NCBI GenBank assembly: GCA_919901925.1
Contig: CAKKQA010000033.1
Location: 1-57,971 of the forward strand
Length of the DNA stretch: 57,971 nt
Origin: Omnitrophica bacterium GWA2_41_15
Lineage (GTDB): Bacteria > Omnitrophota > Gorgyraeia > Gygaellales > UBA12090
Reading direction: 5' to 3'
Below, one piece after another: positions 44,123-52,767 of this stretch. Made by a program: the position numbers and the translations under genes. Every line of letters starts with the position of its first letter. Positions within the stretch are counted from its first letter, which is position 1. Below the pieces are notes generated by a model. That model was given only the letters and a program-made list of their open reading frames with translations, was not told where the DNA came from and did not search any database.

Positions 44123-45328
44123 TTAAGCAGAGGTCAATTTCTTAGCTTGCTCGATAAGTTTTTCGGCTTTAACCTTTCCAATGCCCTTAATTTCAGTAAG
44201 AGCCTCGACGCTGGCGGAAGCTATTGCTTGGACATCTTTAAATCCCGCTTCGACAAGCGCGTCTTTTATTTTATCACCCACGCCGCTTAACTGATCAAGC
44301 GCAATCACTTCTTCTTGGGCAACATTCCGCGGCGGCTCAACAGCTTTTTCTTCAGCCGGCTTTTCTTCGCCATTTTTATCCGCGGCGAGCTTTTCTTTAG
44401 TACGGATATCCAGGTCCCATCCGACTAACTGCGAAGCAAGCCTGACGTTCTGGCCGTGCTTACCGATAGCCAAAGACAACTGGTCATTATCGACTACAAC
44501 CAAAGCCTTTTTGCTTTCTTTGGATAATTTTATTTCCGATATTTTAGCCGGAGAAAGGCTTGAGGCTATGTAAGCCTGCATATCATCGCTAAAAGGCACA
44601 ATATCTATACGCTCTCCGTGCAGTTCTGTAACGATATTTTTTACTCTTGCTCCCCGCATGCCAACGCAAGAACCAACGCAGTCGACCTTTTCGTCTTTTG
44701 ATAAAACAGCTATCTTAGTCCGTTCGCCCGCGGCGCGGGAAATCGCGCGGATTTCCACAATGCCTTCATATATTTCAGGGACTTCCAACTCGAATAATTT
44801 TTTCACAAAATTCGGGTTAGCGCGGGACAACATAATCTGCGGCCCCTTAAGGTCCCTTTTGACTTCGCTTAGGTAAGCGCGTATTCTTGAACCTTGGCGG
44901 AATTCTTCACCCCGGATCTGCTCGTGCTTAGGCAGGATGGCTTCTGATTTTCCCAACAGATCGACTATAATATTGCCCTTGTCAAAACGATATACTGTGC
45001 CGCTGACAATTTCTCCGACCTTGGCGCTGAACTCGTTAAAAACAACATCTTTTTCTGCTTCGCGTATTTTCTGAATTATCACCTGCTTGGCCGTGGAAGC
45101 GGCTATCCTTCCAAACTCTTCGGACCTTACCTCTTTTTCGCCGGCAAAAGCCTTGATCTTACCCGTAGCACGGTCGAGAGTAACTTTTATTTCTTCGCCG
45201 GGCTTTACGTCAACAACCTTTCTGACCGCGCTGGCCAAAGCCGCCTCAACCGCCTGTATCAATATTTCTTTCTTAATTCCTTTTTCCCGTTCCATATGCT
45301 CCAAAACCGCTAATAATTCTCCGTTCAT
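44123..45328 (-). CDS. nusA: Transcription termination/antitermination factor NusA
   Basis: 401 aa; N-terminal domain, S1 and two KH regions, C-terminal HhH. Follows rimP. Confidence 0.95.
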   Translation of the reverse strand: MNGELLAVLEHMEREKGIKKEILIQAVEAALASAVRKVVDVKPGEEIKVTLDRATGKIKAFAGEKEVRSEEFGRIAASTAKQVIIQKIREAEKDVVFNEFSAKVGEIVSGTVYRFDKGNIIVDLLGKSEAILPKHEQIRGEEFRQGSRIRAYLSEVKRDLKGPQIMLSRANPNFVKKLFELEVPEIYEGIVEIRAISRAAGERTKIAVLSKDEKVDCVGSCVGMRGARVKNIVTELHGERIDIVPFSDDMQAYIASSLSPAKISEIKLSKESKKALVVVDNDQLSLAIGKHGQNVRLASQLVGWDLDIRTKEKLAADKNGEEKPAEEKAVEPPRNVAQEEVIALDQLSGVGDKIKDALVEAGFKDVQAIASASVEALTEIKGIGKVKAEKLIEQAKKLTSA

Positions 45329-45786
45329 TCAATCACCTGTTTTGCTTTAATAATGTTATCAAAGTTTATTTTCTCAATGTTATCTCTAACATCCAGAAAT
45401 AAACAACACTCATCCACAGAATTTACAACTCCTTCCAACTCTACTTTTCCTTCTCTCTTTTCCTTCAAAAACACCCTGACGTTGCGGCCGCGCGCCCTCA
45501 AAAAATCCCGCTTTTCAACCAGGGCCCGGTCAACACCAAAAGAAGAAACATCTATAGTATAGCCTCCCTCTAAAATGCCCTCCCTATCGAAAAGCGCGCT
45601 TAACTTATCGTTAATATCAGCACATTCAGATATAGAAATCCCGCCTGTGGCATAGTCAACCAGAAAACTAATAACCAGGCGGCCCGAAAGCGTTCCTATC
45701 TTCACATCAACCAGCTCGAATCCTAATTCATTGATGAAAGGAATACATACCGCCTTTATTTTATCAAGAAGCCCTTCGATGTACAT
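45325..45786 (-). CDS. rimP: Ribosome maturation factor RimP
   Basis: 153 aa; 4-nt overlap with nusA, LGFELVDV motif. Confidence 0.88.
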   Translation of the reverse strand: MYIEGLLDKIKAVCIPFINELGFELVDVKIGTLSGRLVISFLVDYATGGISISECADINDKLSALFDREGILEGGYTIDVSSFGVDRALVEKRDFLRARGRNVRVFLKEKREGKVELEGVVNSVDECCLFLDVRDNIEKINFDNIIKAKQVIE

Positions 45787-45797
45787 AGATTTCCTCA

Positions 45798-45916
45798 GTC
45801 ATTGCGAGGAACCCTCACTTGACATTTCTGTGACGAAGCAATCTCGAATTTAGGCATTCGTTTTAAAAACGAGATTGCTTCGTCGCCTCGCGCCAACGAT
45901 AGCTCCTCGCAATGAC
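45798..45916. repeat. Family A element (A7), inverted relative to the other copies
   Basis: The GGAACC-side arm comes first and the loop is enlarged (aatttaggcattcgttttaaaaa). Confidence 0.88.
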
Positions 45917-45942
45917 GCCAACTTAACAACAATATGCTGGCG

Positions 45943-47184
45943 TCACTTCTCGAATAATCCGCACTTATATCCAAAGCGCTTCTTAAGTTTCGCGTAAACG
46001 GCCGGCACATTGCCTCTATATTTAAAATCGGATATCTCATCGTCAGTGGCGGAAAAGATATCCCGTAGTTTAAAGTCAGGCTTGTTTTCTTTATCCACTT
46101 CCAAAATTTGTGACACCTTGCGCTTTCCGTCAGGAAGCCTTACCATGTGGACAAGCAAGTCTACGGCGTTGATAATTTGCCGCCTGGCCACGATTGCTGA
46201 AATATTAGGGCTATCCATGACAGTCATCAGCTCAAGCAAATCCACCGCCTCCGAAGCGGAATTAGAATGCAAGGTTGTCATCGAGCCCTCATGGCCGGTA
46301 GTCATTGCCCGAAGCATATCCAAAACTTCACTGCCCCGGACCTCTCCGATGATTATACGGTCAGGCCGCATGTGCAGGGCATTCTTAACCAACTGCCTTG
46401 CCGTTATTTCTCCTGTCCCCTGCACATTCGGCGACCTTGTCTCTAGACGCAGGATATGATCGCCGCGCAGGCGCAATTCCGCTATCTCTTCGATAGTAAC
46501 CACGCGTTCATCCTTAGGGATAGAGTTTGAAAGCACATTGAGCATGGTCGTTTTACCCGCTCCTGAACCACCGCAAATCACAATATTCATTCTCGCTTTT
46601 ACGCAGGCCATGAGAAACCCTGCCGCCTCATTGCTTATAGTCTGCAACTTAACCAAATCCTCAAAAGTTAATATATTTGAAGAAAACCTGCGTATCGTCA
46701 CTATTATTCCGTTAAGCGAAACAGGATTCGAAACCACATTGACCCGCGAACCATCAGGCAAACGGGCATCGATATAAGGCTCTAATTCCGTAACCCTGCG
46801 GCCTATCGAAGAAAGCACCCTTTCGGCGACAAATTCAACATGGCGTTCGTCTCTAAAGGTTATATTCGTCAACTCAATTTTTCCATTGCGCTCTATATAA
46901 ACCTGTTTATGGCCGTTAATCATGATTTCATTTACATTTTGGTCATCTATAAATTTAGCAATAGGGCCTAAGCCTATAATATCAGCGGCCACTTCAGCAA
47001 TCAACCACTGGCGGTCATTATGGCTCAAAGATTCACCCTTTAAACTCTTAAAACTGTTACTGATAAGCGGCGGTAATTTCCTGCGCAAGGCGCCTTGTTG
47101 AGCATCCAGCAAATCCGCGTCAGTAAGGCGCGTCAGGCAATCTCTGCGAATCTTATCTTTCAAACCTTTAAGATATTCGTTCAT
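45943..47184 (-). CDS. CpaF/TadA-family type II/IV secretion ATPase
   Basis: 413 aa; VNEIMINGHKQVYIERNGK, Walker A GGSGAGKTT, IIIGEVRG and TGHEGSMTTLH boxes. 4-nt overlap with the proS stop. Confidence 0.85.
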   Translation of the reverse strand: MNEYLKGLKDKIRRDCLTRLTDADLLDAQQGALRRKLPPLISNSFKSLKGESLSHNDRQWLIAEVAADIIGLGPIAKFIDDQNVNEIMINGHKQVYIERNGKIELTNITFRDERHVEFVAERVLSSIGRRVTELEPYIDARLPDGSRVNVVSNPVSLNGIIVTIRRFSSNILTFEDLVKLQTISNEAAGFLMACVKARMNIVICGGSGAGKTTMLNVLSNSIPKDERVVTIEEIAELRLRGDHILRLETRSPNVQGTGEITARQLVKNALHMRPDRIIIGEVRGSEVLDMLRAMTTGHEGSMTTLHSNSASEAVDLLELMTVMDSPNISAIVARRQIINAVDLLVHMVRLPDGKRKVSQILEVDKENKPDFKLRDIFSATDDEISDFKYRGNVPAVYAKLKKRFGYKCGLFEK

Positions 47185-48431
47185 TGGACGCGCCCTTTTA
47201 GAATATCTAAAATCTTTTCCACCGGTTCATTAATCCCTATAGCGCGGCTAGCTTTATCCCGTCGGCTTTGGATTTCTAATTCGCCTTTCTTTAGGCCTTT
47301 TGAACCGATAACAATACGCCAAGGTATGCCTATCATATCGGCATCGTTAAATTTAACCCCTGAACGCTCATCGCGGTCATCCAATAAAACATCGGCATTT
47401 TTTTCTTTTAACTTTTTATATAAATCCAAGGCGCATGATTTTGTGGCTTCATCTGTAATATTTAACGGCAGAATCAAACAATCATAAGGAGCGGATTCTT
47501 TAGGCCAGATAATCCCTTTATCATCGTGGTTTGCCTCGATTATTGAGGCGATCAGCCGGGAAACACCGATCCCATAACAACCCATAATAATAGGGCGGCG
47601 AGCGCCTTTATCATCCAGAACTTCAGCCTTAAGGCTTTCGGAATATTTTACGCCTAATTTAAATATATGCCCCACCTCAATCGCCCTTTTTTCTTCCAAT
47701 GAGCCTTTGCACTTTGGGCAGGCATCGGTTTTTGTCGTGCTCGCGCAGGAACAATCCTTGCAAGTAAATACGGTATCCTCTCCCACATCAGACAAAACCA
47801 TAAATTCGTGAGAAACATTTCCTCCCATTACGCCGGAATCAGCCTCGGTTATACAGCAGTTTAAGCCGCACCTTTCAAATATCCGGACATAAGCCTCATA
47901 CATCAACTCATAATTCTTATCCAGGCCTATTTCATCAGCATCAAAACTATAGGCATCCTTCATTATAAATTCACAGCTTCTTATTAAACCGTTGCGCGGA
48001 CGGATCTCATCGCGGAACTTATTTTGTATCTGATATAAAATCAAAGGAAGCTGGCGGTAAGAATTAACATTATTCGCTACCAGGTCAGTAATCACCTCTT
48101 CATGAGTGGGCCCCAGGCACATATTCCTGGAACGCCGGTCAATGAAGCGAAACATTATTTGTTCCATCAACTTGTTCCTGCCGGTCTTATCCCAAAGCTC
48201 CTGCGGCTGTAAAGCAGGCAATAATAATTCACAGGCGCCGGCATTATTCATTTCTTCACGGATAATGTTTTCGATGTTTCTTAATACCTTAAAACCTAAA
48301 GGCAGATATGAATAAACTCCGGCTACAAGCATGCGCATAAGCCCCGCGCGCAGCATAAGCTGATGCGAAACAGACTCCGCTTCCTGCGGAATCTCTCTTA
48401 ATGTAGGTATTAATGTTTTAGTCCAAAGCAT
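47181..48431 (-). CDS. proS: Proline--tRNA ligase lacking the INS editing domain
   Basis: 416 aa; class II motifs (FRDEIRPRNGLIRSCEF, GVMGGNVSHEF, GCYGIGVSR) and anticodon-binding C-domain. A CKDCSC...CPKC segment sits where INS is inserted in canonical bacterial ProRS. Confidence 0.9.
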   Translation of the reverse strand: MLWTKTLIPTLREIPQEAESVSHQLMLRAGLMRMLVAGVYSYLPLGFKVLRNIENIIREEMNNAGACELLLPALQPQELWDKTGRNKLMEQIMFRFIDRRSRNMCLGPTHEEVITDLVANNVNSYRQLPLILYQIQNKFRDEIRPRNGLIRSCEFIMKDAYSFDADEIGLDKNYELMYEAYVRIFERCGLNCCITEADSGVMGGNVSHEFMVLSDVGEDTVFTCKDCSCASTTKTDACPKCKGSLEEKRAIEVGHIFKLGVKYSESLKAEVLDDKGARRPIIMGCYGIGVSRLIASIIEANHDDKGIIWPKESAPYDCLILPLNITDEATKSCALDLYKKLKEKNADVLLDDRDERSGVKFNDADMIGIPWRIVIGSKGLKKGELEIQSRRDKASRAIGINEPVEKILDILKGRVQ

Positions 48432-48449
48432 ATCGTTAAGAATTACTTG

Positions 48450-48477
48450 GTAGGGGACGGTCGCGACCGTCCCCTAC
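48450..48477. repeat. Family B palindrome, identical to 6819-6846
   Basis: The CTA at 48474-48476 is the ispG TAG stop. Confidence 0.9.
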
Positions 48478-49544
48478 ATTTGTTTTAACTCTTGCATCAA
48501 CGCCTCAACCGCCTTCTCAATCGGCACCTTTTTAACAACCTTTGCCTTCCTATATAACAGCCCTTCGGCCTTGCCGCAAATAATAGCTAAATCCGCGCCT
48601 TCTGCTTCACCGGGGCCATTAACCACACAACCCATAACGGCGATTTTTACCGGCTTAGCAAACGCGCTGTTCCCTAAACCAGAAAGTTTAGCCTGTAATT
48701 CATTGACTATTTTTTCCAAATCCACCTGTGTCCTGCCGCAGGTAGGGCAACTTATAATTTCCGGGCCACTTTCCCCCAGCCCTAAATTTGCCAAGATGCT
48801 ACGGGCAACGGCTACCTCCTCTTCAGGTGGGCCAGTCAAAGATACCCTGATTGTGTCGCCTATGCCCTGCGCCAATAAAGAGCCCAGACAAATCGCTGAT
48901 TTAATTTTCCCGTTTTCTATAAAACCCGTGGCAGTAAGCCCTAAATGCAAAGGATAATCGCATGCCTGCGCCATCTTTTGATATGCCTCAATTGTATCAA
49001 GTATATTCGAACATTTCAAAGAAACAACGATATCCTTAAATTTCAAACCTTCTAAAATTTCTATATAATCCTGGGCGGCCTTAACCATTCTCTGCGCCGG
49101 GGTTAGCTTTCCCTTATGCCTCAATTGTTTTGGCAGTGAACCCGAATTTAAACCTACCCGAATCGGTATTTTATGCTCTTTGGCTAAAGCTACGATTTCT
49201 CTTATTTCATCTTTTTTATGAATATTGCCGGGATTAAGCCTTATTTTATCGACGCCGGCTTTTATGGCGCAGATAGCAAGTTTCCAATCAAAATGTATAT
49301 CCGCGACTAAAGGTATGCCGGATAAAGCCCTTATTTGGCTGATTGCGTGCGCGTCCTGTTCATCAAGTATTGCCAGGCGCGCTATCTGACAGCCAACACT
49401 CTCTAATTTTTTTATTTGCTCAATCGTAGCCCTGATGTCTTTCGCGGGCACCTTAACCATCGACTGAACAGCAATAAGGTTATTGCCGCCTATCTTTACG
49501 TTGCCGATGGTAGCTACTCGTGTTTTATGACGTTTTATTATCAT
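48474..49544 (-). CDS. ispG: 4-hydroxy-3-methylbut-2-en-1-yl diphosphate synthase
   Basis: SCPTCGR and GCVVNGPGE Fe-S ligand motifs. The tracked extension to 49571 enters a palindrome. Confidence 0.94.
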   Translation of the reverse strand: MIIKRHKTRVATIGNVKIGGNNLIAVQSMVKVPAKDIRATIEQIKKLESVGCQIARLAILDEQDAHAISQIRALSGIPLVADIHFDWKLAICAIKAGVDKIRLNPGNIHKKDEIREIVALAKEHKIPIRVGLNSGSLPKQLRHKGKLTPAQRMVKAAQDYIEILEGLKFKDIVVSLKCSNILDTIEAYQKMAQACDYPLHLGLTATGFIENGKIKSAICLGSLLAQGIGDTIRVSLTGPPEEEVAVARSILANLGLGESGPEIISCPTCGRTQVDLEKIVNELQAKLSGLGNSAFAKPVKIAVMGCVVNGPGEAEGADLAIICGKAEGLLYRKAKVVKKVPIEKAVEALMQELKQM

Positions 49545-49556
49545 AATGCTATCTAT

Positions 49557-49584
49557 GTAGGGGACGGTCACGACCGTCCCCTAC
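49557..49584. repeat. Family B palindrome, one central substitution
   Basis: GTAGGGGACGGTCACGACCGTCCCCTAC between rseP and ispG. Confidence 0.9.
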
Positions 49585-49610
49585 GATTGAACAACAAAGT
49601 TTATTGATTC

Positions 49611-50705
49611 TTACCGCCATCTTATTTTATTAAGAATCCCCAAAAGCTTATCCCAGAATCCATACCTTACTATGTCATTAAAGAAAACCCAAACCGCGAA
49701 TCCGATCAGAAGCGCTACCGCAGACTGATTTATGGCATCTTCGCACTTTTGCGATAAAGGCTTACCGCGCAGTTTCTCTATCGCTAAAAATAAAATGTGG
49801 CCGCCGTCTAAAACAGGAAAAGGCAAAAGGTTAAACAAGGCTAAACTCGCGCTCAATATCGCCATCAGATGAAAAACCGCGCTTACCCCTATTCTGATTG
49901 CCTCTGAAGTAATAAAAAACATTCCTAATGGCCCGGTGATTGACTCCCTGACTGCCGCGGAACCGGTTAACAGCTTACCTATCGCGATAAGGGTGATAAC
50001 TGTCATTTCCCAAAGCATTTTTCCCGCGAAAATAAAGCCTTGAAAAATGTTATAACGCACAAGGACCACATCGCCCGACGGACGGATACCCATAAGGCTG
50101 ATTTTCTCTTCGGATCCGAATATGTTTTTGGCTGTCTCCTGGCGAAGGCCAACGGTTAAATTAACCCGCTTGCCATCCCTTAGAACCTCCACTGAAAGAT
50201 TGGGTGTTTTTTTACTATGCACTATTTTAGTCAATTCCGGCCAATACGTTACCTTCTTTCCGTCGACCGAAGCGATCAGATCTCCTTTTGCCAATCCGCT
50301 TGTCGCTGCCGGGTACCCCGCGATCAATTCCCCGACATTTGTAGTCAAATTAGGATACCCGATAACATTGACTACCCAGAAACATAAGAAACCCAAAACA
50401 TAATTCAGGAAAGGCCCGGCAAAGATGACCTTCAGCCTATCCAGCGGCGGACGGCTTAAGAATTCATCCGGCTTACCCTTACATTCCTCCCAGCTGTCGC
50501 CGGACATTTTCACAAACCCGCCAAAGGCAAAAAGGCACAAAGTATATTCAGTGCCGCCTTTCTTCCATCCGAATAACTTAGGCCCGAAACCTAAAGAAAA
50601 TCTTTCAACACGTATACCCAGCCTGCGCGCCTGGATAAAATGGCCGTATTCGTGGACCACGATCATGATGCTTAATATTAAAATGAAGATAAGTAATGTG
50701 ATCAT
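49611..50705 (-). CDS. rseP: Site-2 protease RseP (M50)
   Basis: HEYGH zinc motif in TM1, PDZ-like middle region, LLPFPVLDGGH motif. Confidence 0.92.
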   Translation of the reverse strand: MITLLIFILILSIMIVVHEYGHFIQARRLGIRVERFSLGFGPKLFGWKKGGTEYTLCLFAFGGFVKMSGDSWEECKGKPDEFLSRPPLDRLKVIFAGPFLNYVLGFLCFWVVNVIGYPNLTTNVGELIAGYPAATSGLAKGDLIASVDGKKVTYWPELTKIVHSKKTPNLSVEVLRDGKRVNLTVGLRQETAKNIFGSEEKISLMGIRPSGDVVLVRYNIFQGFIFAGKMLWEMTVITLIAIGKLLTGSAAVRESITGPLGMFFITSEAIRIGVSAVFHLMAILSASLALFNLLPFPVLDGGHILFLAIEKLRGKPLSQKCEDAINQSAVALLIGFAVWVFFNDIVRYGFWDKLLGILNKIRWR

Positions 50706-50709
50706 TTCT

Positions 50710-50820
50710 GTCAGCTTGTTTGCCAGTTTGCCAGTTTGCCAGTTTGCCAGTTAATTAGAAAATAGTTTTATCTTTTTCTTTTCAACTGGTTAACCGGCTA
50801 ACTGGCCAACAGGCTAACTA
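50710..50820. repeat. Family C hairpin (C4)
   Basis: (TTTGCCAG)x4 ... CTGGTTAA CCGGCTAA CTGGCCAA CAGGCTAA. The dxr TAG stop lies at the right edge. Confidence 0.9.
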
Positions 50821-51948
50821 TATTAACCTTCCCGCCTCTTGTCTGGCCCATCCATCGGCCTGAAAAATCTCATGCAGATCCGGGTTAGCAACTGCCTTAT
50901 GGCTTGATAATATTTTTTCGATAATTTTCGGTATTGCTATAAAACTTACCCTGCCATCCAAAAACGCCTCAACTGCCACTTCGTTAGCCGCGTTTAAAAC
51001 ACAAGGAGCGCTCCCGCCGACATTTGCCGCTTCATACGCAAGATTAAGGCAGGGAAATCTTTTGTTATCGGATTTTTCAAAAGTTAAATTCTTAACTTTT
51101 AAAAAATCCAGAGCGCTATCGTTATTTGCCAAGCGCCTGGGATAAGATAAAGCGTAGCTAATAGGCAGCGCCATATCGGTAATCCCTAATTGAGCAAGGA
51201 CAGCGCCATCCACAAATTCCACCATCGAATGTATTATCGCCTGCCTATGCACCAGGACTTCTATACGCCTCACCTCAATATCAAAAAGCCAGCGCGCCTC
51301 AATAACTTCCAGCCCCTTATTCATAAGGGTAGCTGAATCTACAGTTATTTTCCTGCCCATCTTCCAGCGCGGATGCTTAAGGACTTCCTCTTTCGTTAGC
51401 GCGGCAAACTTCCTTAAAGGCACGCTGTATAGGGGACCGCCGGAGGCGGTTAAATAAAGCCTCCTTACCTCTGATTTATCCTGGCCCTTGAGGCACTGAA
51501 ATATGGCTGACTGCTCGCTATCAACAGGGACAATAGTTGCTTTTGATTTTTTTAATTTTTCTTTTACCAGCGCCCCTGCCATCACAAGCGCTTCTTTATT
51601 CGCCAGGGCTATCTTTTTCCCTGCCGCGATAGCCGCCAGTAACGGCCTCAACGCCGCGGCCCCGCTTAAAGCGACAACAACAATATCAACATCTTTATCC
51701 GAAGCTATTTCCTCCAGGCCTTCTATCCCGGAATAAGCCTTGATTTTACTGCCGAAGCTGACGCGAAGATTAATATCCGCTACCGCGACTTTCCCGGGAT
51801 GAAACCTGCGCGCCTGCCTTTTAAGAAGTTCCGTATTGCCATAAGCGGATAAAGCCTCTACCTTAAACTCATCGCTATACCGTCTGATTACTTCAAGCGT
51901 GGCCTTACCTATCGAACCGGTAGAACCCAAAATTGCTATTCGCTTCAT
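50818..51948 (-). CDS. dxr: 1-deoxy-D-xylulose 5-phosphate reductoisomerase
   Basis: ILGSTGSIG NADPH motif, 376 aa, full-length colinearity. Confidence 0.95.
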   Translation of the reverse strand: MKRIAILGSTGSIGKATLEVIRRYSDEFKVEALSAYGNTELLKRQARRFHPGKVAVADINLRVSFGSKIKAYSGIEGLEEIASDKDVDIVVVALSGAAALRPLLAAIAAGKKIALANKEALVMAGALVKEKLKKSKATIVPVDSEQSAIFQCLKGQDKSEVRRLYLTASGGPLYSVPLRKFAALTKEEVLKHPRWKMGRKITVDSATLMNKGLEVIEARWLFDIEVRRIEVLVHRQAIIHSMVEFVDGAVLAQLGITDMALPISYALSYPRRLANNDSALDFLKVKNLTFEKSDNKRFPCLNLAYEAANVGGSAPCVLNAANEVAVEAFLDGRVSFIAIPKIIEKILSSHKAVANPDLHEIFQADGWARQEAGRLI

Positions 51949-51975
51949 ATCTATCTGTGCCCATCTGTGTATTAT
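51948..51975 (-). promoter_or_regulatory. Family E motif filling the cdsA-dxr spacer
   Basis: mRNA sense: TAA-TACACAGATGGGCACAGATAGAT-ATG. No Shine-Dalgarno sequence. Confidence 0.7.
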
Positions 51976-52766
51976 TTCAAAACGTTGCTTAAATAGAAAT
52001 AAAACGCCGGGACTGTGAACAATAAGCTGTCTATTAAATCCAAAACACCGCCCATGCCGGGAAAGAAAGAGCCGGAATCTTTGACTTGGCAGTCGCGTTT
52101 AATCAGCGACTCGGACAAATCGCCAAGCTCAGCAAGCGCGCCCAAAGACAACCCCAGAATAACTAAATGCGTGTATTCAAAACCAAGCAAAGGCCGGCTG
52201 GCTAAAGCAGCCAACACACTAAATACTATTCCGCCAATAGCCCCTTCCACGCTTTTCTTCGGGCTGATACGCGGTATCAAAGCATGCGACCCAAAACCGC
52301 TACCGATCAAATACGCGCCTATATCCGAGGACTTTGTAATCAAAAGTACCGCTGCCACGTATCCTGCCCCTTGCGGCATATAGCGTATTTTAATCAGGAA
52401 ACTAAAAAACCATGCGACATATAATATCCCGAAAATCGTAGTGGATATTCCAACAATAGAACCGGTAGAATCCCTGCGCCTGAACTGTAAAATAAAAAGT
52501 ATCAATAAGGCCAGGATAATGAACAACAACTCCCAGCTTTTGGTCAACTCAAACTTAAATAATATCGAAAGCGGTATCACCGCGCCTATGGCTATCCCGA
52601 AATACTTATAGATGTGAAAACCTTTTTTTTCCACCATCGTAAAGAATTCGTACAGCCCGGCGACGATCAAAAACATCATGCAAAGCCCGAAGATAAACCA
52701 GAACTTTATTGAAAGAACAATTACTGCAAGCCAGATTAACGTGGTTAATAAACGCTGTTTCAGCAT
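51972..52766 (-). CDS. cdsA: Phosphatidate cytidylyltransferase
   Basis: Multi-TM; C-terminal KRDCQVKDSGSFFPGMGGVLDLIDS CDS signature region. ATG at 52764-52766 sits 1 nt after the uppS stop; the tracked start 52877 overlaps uppS. Confidence 0.88.
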   Translation of the reverse strand: MLKQRLLTTLIWLAVIVLSIKFWFIFGLCMMFLIVAGLYEFFTMVEKKGFHIYKYFGIAIGAVIPLSILFKFELTKSWELLFIILALLILFILQFRRRDSTGSIVGISTTIFGILYVAWFFSFLIKIRYMPQGAGYVAAVLLITKSSDIGAYLIGSGFGSHALIPRISPKKSVEGAIGGIVFSVLAALASRPLLGFEYTHLVILGLSLGALAELGDLSESLIKRDCQVKDSGSFFPGMGGVLDLIDSLLFTVPAFYFYLSNVLK

Positions 52767-52767
52767 A

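Noticed and set aside
45795-46040. 81-aa minus-strand ORF overlapping the cpaF 3' end; also 53439-53633, 15328-15603 and 9721-10011
   Set aside because: They are read through family A repeats. The recurring peptide fragments (…RHCEELS…, …DEAISF…, …VPRND…) are the translated repeat consensus, not a protein family.
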